A DNA stretch of 32,000 nt from Sporolactobacillus shoreicorticis (GTDB lineage: Bacteria > Bacillota > Bacilli > Bacillales > Sporolactobacillaceae). Shown here in pieces: positions 30,550 to 32,000 of the stretch. The translations under genes were made by a program, and so were the position numbers. The notes under the pieces are model-generated. The model was given only the letters and a program-made list of their open reading frames with translations. It ran no database searches and had not been told where the DNA came from. Every line of letters begins with the position of its first letter. Position 1 is the stretch's first letter. The DNA lies in NCBI RefSeq assembly GCF_024125445.1, contig NZ_JAMXWM010000032.1:20428-52427 (forward strand). The letters run 5' to 3'.

Positions 30550-31863
30550 ATGTTTCGAATGAATGCAGAAGATCAAATCTATCAAAATTACGTGAACATT
30601 TTAAAAGAAGAATTAGTCCCCGCTACTGGCTGCACTGAGCCAATTTCTGTTGCTTATGCGGCGGCGAAGGCTCGCGAGGTGCTGGGGGTGGAGCCGGAAA
30701 GCTGCGTTATTGCGGCGAGCGGAAATATCATCAAGAATGTAAAAAGTGTCGTTGTTCCCAATACAAATGGTTTGAAAGGCATTGAAGCCGCAGCCGCGGC
30801 CGGTATTGTTGCAGGGGACGCATCGAAAAAACTGGAAGTGCTGTCCGGCATTGAAGAACAAGCGAAGGCATCCATACAGGGATACATCGATGGGCATCCG
30901 ATCACTGTTGTTCCTGTTGAAAATGAGATTGTCTTCTATATTGCGGTGACTGTTCAGAAGGGGAACGATGAAGCAACGGTTGTCATTGAACATTACCATA
31001 CTAATATTGTCCGCGTGGCTCGAAACGAAAATGTTCTGTATGAATCGGTCAGCGATTCGGATCAAGGCAGTGAGCTGACGGATCGGGGCTGTCTCAATGT
31101 TCGAGACATTCTCGATTTTGCAAACAGTGTGCGCCTTGACGATATTTCAGAAATGATTGAAAGGCAGGTCGCCTGTAATACCGCCGTCTCCGAAGAGGGG
31201 CTGACCCACGACTGGGGCGCCAATATAGGAAAAGTGCTGCTGCGTGCCTATGGCAATGATGTCAGGACACGCGCTCGGGCAGTGGCCGCAGCCGGATCCG
31301 ATGCGCGAATGGGCGGTTGTGAAAAGCCGGTCGTGATCGTCTCAGGAAGCGGAAATCAGGGGATGACCGCTTCTCTTCCTGTGATTGAATATGCTAAGGA
31401 ACTGCGCGTGTCCCGTGATAAACTTTACCGAGCCCTGGTTCTGTCTAACTTGGTTACCATTTACCAGAAGACGGGCATCGGACGGCTCTCTGCATACTGC
31501 GGCGTGGTCAGTGCCGGCTGCGGGGCGGGTGCGGGGATTGCTTATCTGCAGGGCGGAGAGTATGAGGATATTGCCCACACCATCGTCAACGCTTTAGCGA
31601 TCACGTCTGGCATTATCTGTGACGGTGCGAAACCATCCTGCGCTGCTAAAATTGCCTCGGCAGTCGATGCCGGCATTCTCGGTTATCATATGTACAGGAA
31701 TGACCAGCAGTTTTTCGGTGGTGACGGGATCGTTACGAAGGGGGTGGACAACACGATTCATAACGTCGGTATTCTGGCTAAAAAAGGGATGCGGGAAACA
31801 GATCGTGAAATCATTGACATTATGCTGAAACATACCAGTAAAGATGCGGTCGCGGAAAAGTGA
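30550..31863 (+). CDS. UPF0597 / CyuA (YhaM)-like L-cysteine desulfidase family protein
   Basis: 437 aa. L.EE..PATGCTEPISVAYAAA, SDARMGG, SGSGNQG, RLSAYCG and ICDGAKPSCA parallel E. coli YhaM/CyuA along the whole length. The start could be ATG 30550 or ATG 30559. Confidence 0.85.
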   Translation: MFRMNAEDQIYQNYVNILKEELVPATGCTEPISVAYAAAKAREVLGVEPESCVIAASGNIIKNVKSVVVPNTNGLKGIEAAAAAGIVAGDASKKLEVLSGIEEQAKASIQGYIDGHPITVVPVENEIVFYIAVTVQKGNDEATVVIEHYHTNIVRVARNENVLYESVSDSDQGSELTDRGCLNVRDILDFANSVRLDDISEMIERQVACNTAVSEEGLTHDWGANIGKVLLRAYGNDVRTRARAVAAAGSDARMGGCEKPVVIVSGSGNQGMTASLPVIEYAKELRVSRDKLYRALVLSNLVTIYQKTGIGRLSAYCGVVSAGCGAGAGIAYLQGGEYEDIAHTIVNALAITSGIICDGAKPSCAAKIASAVDAGILGYHMYRNDQQFFGGDGIVTKGVDNTIHNVGILAKKGMRETDREIIDIMLKHTSKDAVAEK

Positions 31864-32000
31864 GTGCAACGAAACTAAGATTTTTGACCAAACAACTATT
31901 ATGTTTCTGCCCATTCTTTGCGGGTGCAAAGGACCGATGCGGCGTTGCGGAGCATGAGTTTCTGACAGAAGTTGATCATAAAAAAATAAAACCACTGAAT

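Noticed and set aside
1-32000. CRISPR arrays, tRNA or rRNA genes, prophage or defence-system gene sets (restriction-modification, toxin-antitoxin, Cas, retron and similar).
   Set aside because: I found no regularly spaced repeat array beyond the three 21-bp-phased octamers, no cloverleaf-like or rRNA-like sequence, and no ORF with nuclease, methylase, reverse-transcriptase or toxin signatures I could recognise.

Overview
This window looks like chromosome from a low-GC Gram-positive bacterium (Bacillales/Lactobacillales-like). All family calls rest on motif recognition by eye, since no searches were possible.

Gene content, left to right:
1. A partial LacI-type regulator, divergent from a raffinose/melibiose module (LacS/RafP-type permease with a C-terminal EIIA domain, plus a GH36 alpha-galactosidase). 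This block looks more AT-rich than the rest.
2. The cysteine desulfurase nifS, divergent from the de novo NAD operon nadB-nadC-nadA.
3. A 5'-truncated aldA-like aldehyde dehydrogenase remnant.
4. A minus-strand operon behind a good Zur box. It encodes a chimeric ORF (a ~68 aa FAD/NAD Rossmann stub fused to a FeoB-type Gate membrane domain) and a COG0523 GTPase whose canonical CxCC motif reads SIST.
5. A ~7 kb mosaic island bracketed by two decayed IS3-family remnants in the same orientation. It holds a complete SAM-I (S-box) riboswitch with terminator, a short PTS-EIIB-like remnant, and two full-length TMD-NBD ABC exporter genes with overlapping stop/start. A translationally coupled 46 aa membrane ORF (absent from the ORF track) and IS4-, IS1634- and IS3-family debris complete it.
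6. An alpha/beta hydrolase, an orphan metQ lipoprotein gene, a P2-type cation ATPase with a ~370 nt leader, and a LysR regulator.
7. A small gene apparently broken by two frameshifts, nrdD-nrdG with NrdR-box-like sites, a DUF4190-like membrane protein, and a CyuA/YhaM-like cysteine desulfidase.

I saw no rRNA, tRNA, CRISPR array or recognisable defence system.

The most unusual items are:
- the IS-bracketed S-box/ABC-exporter/small-protein module;
- the Zur-controlled CxCC-less COG0523 protein and its chimeric partner;
- a ~38 bp promoter cassette duplicated upstream of metQ and of the ATPase;
- three TATCGGTC repeats phased at exactly 21 bp.
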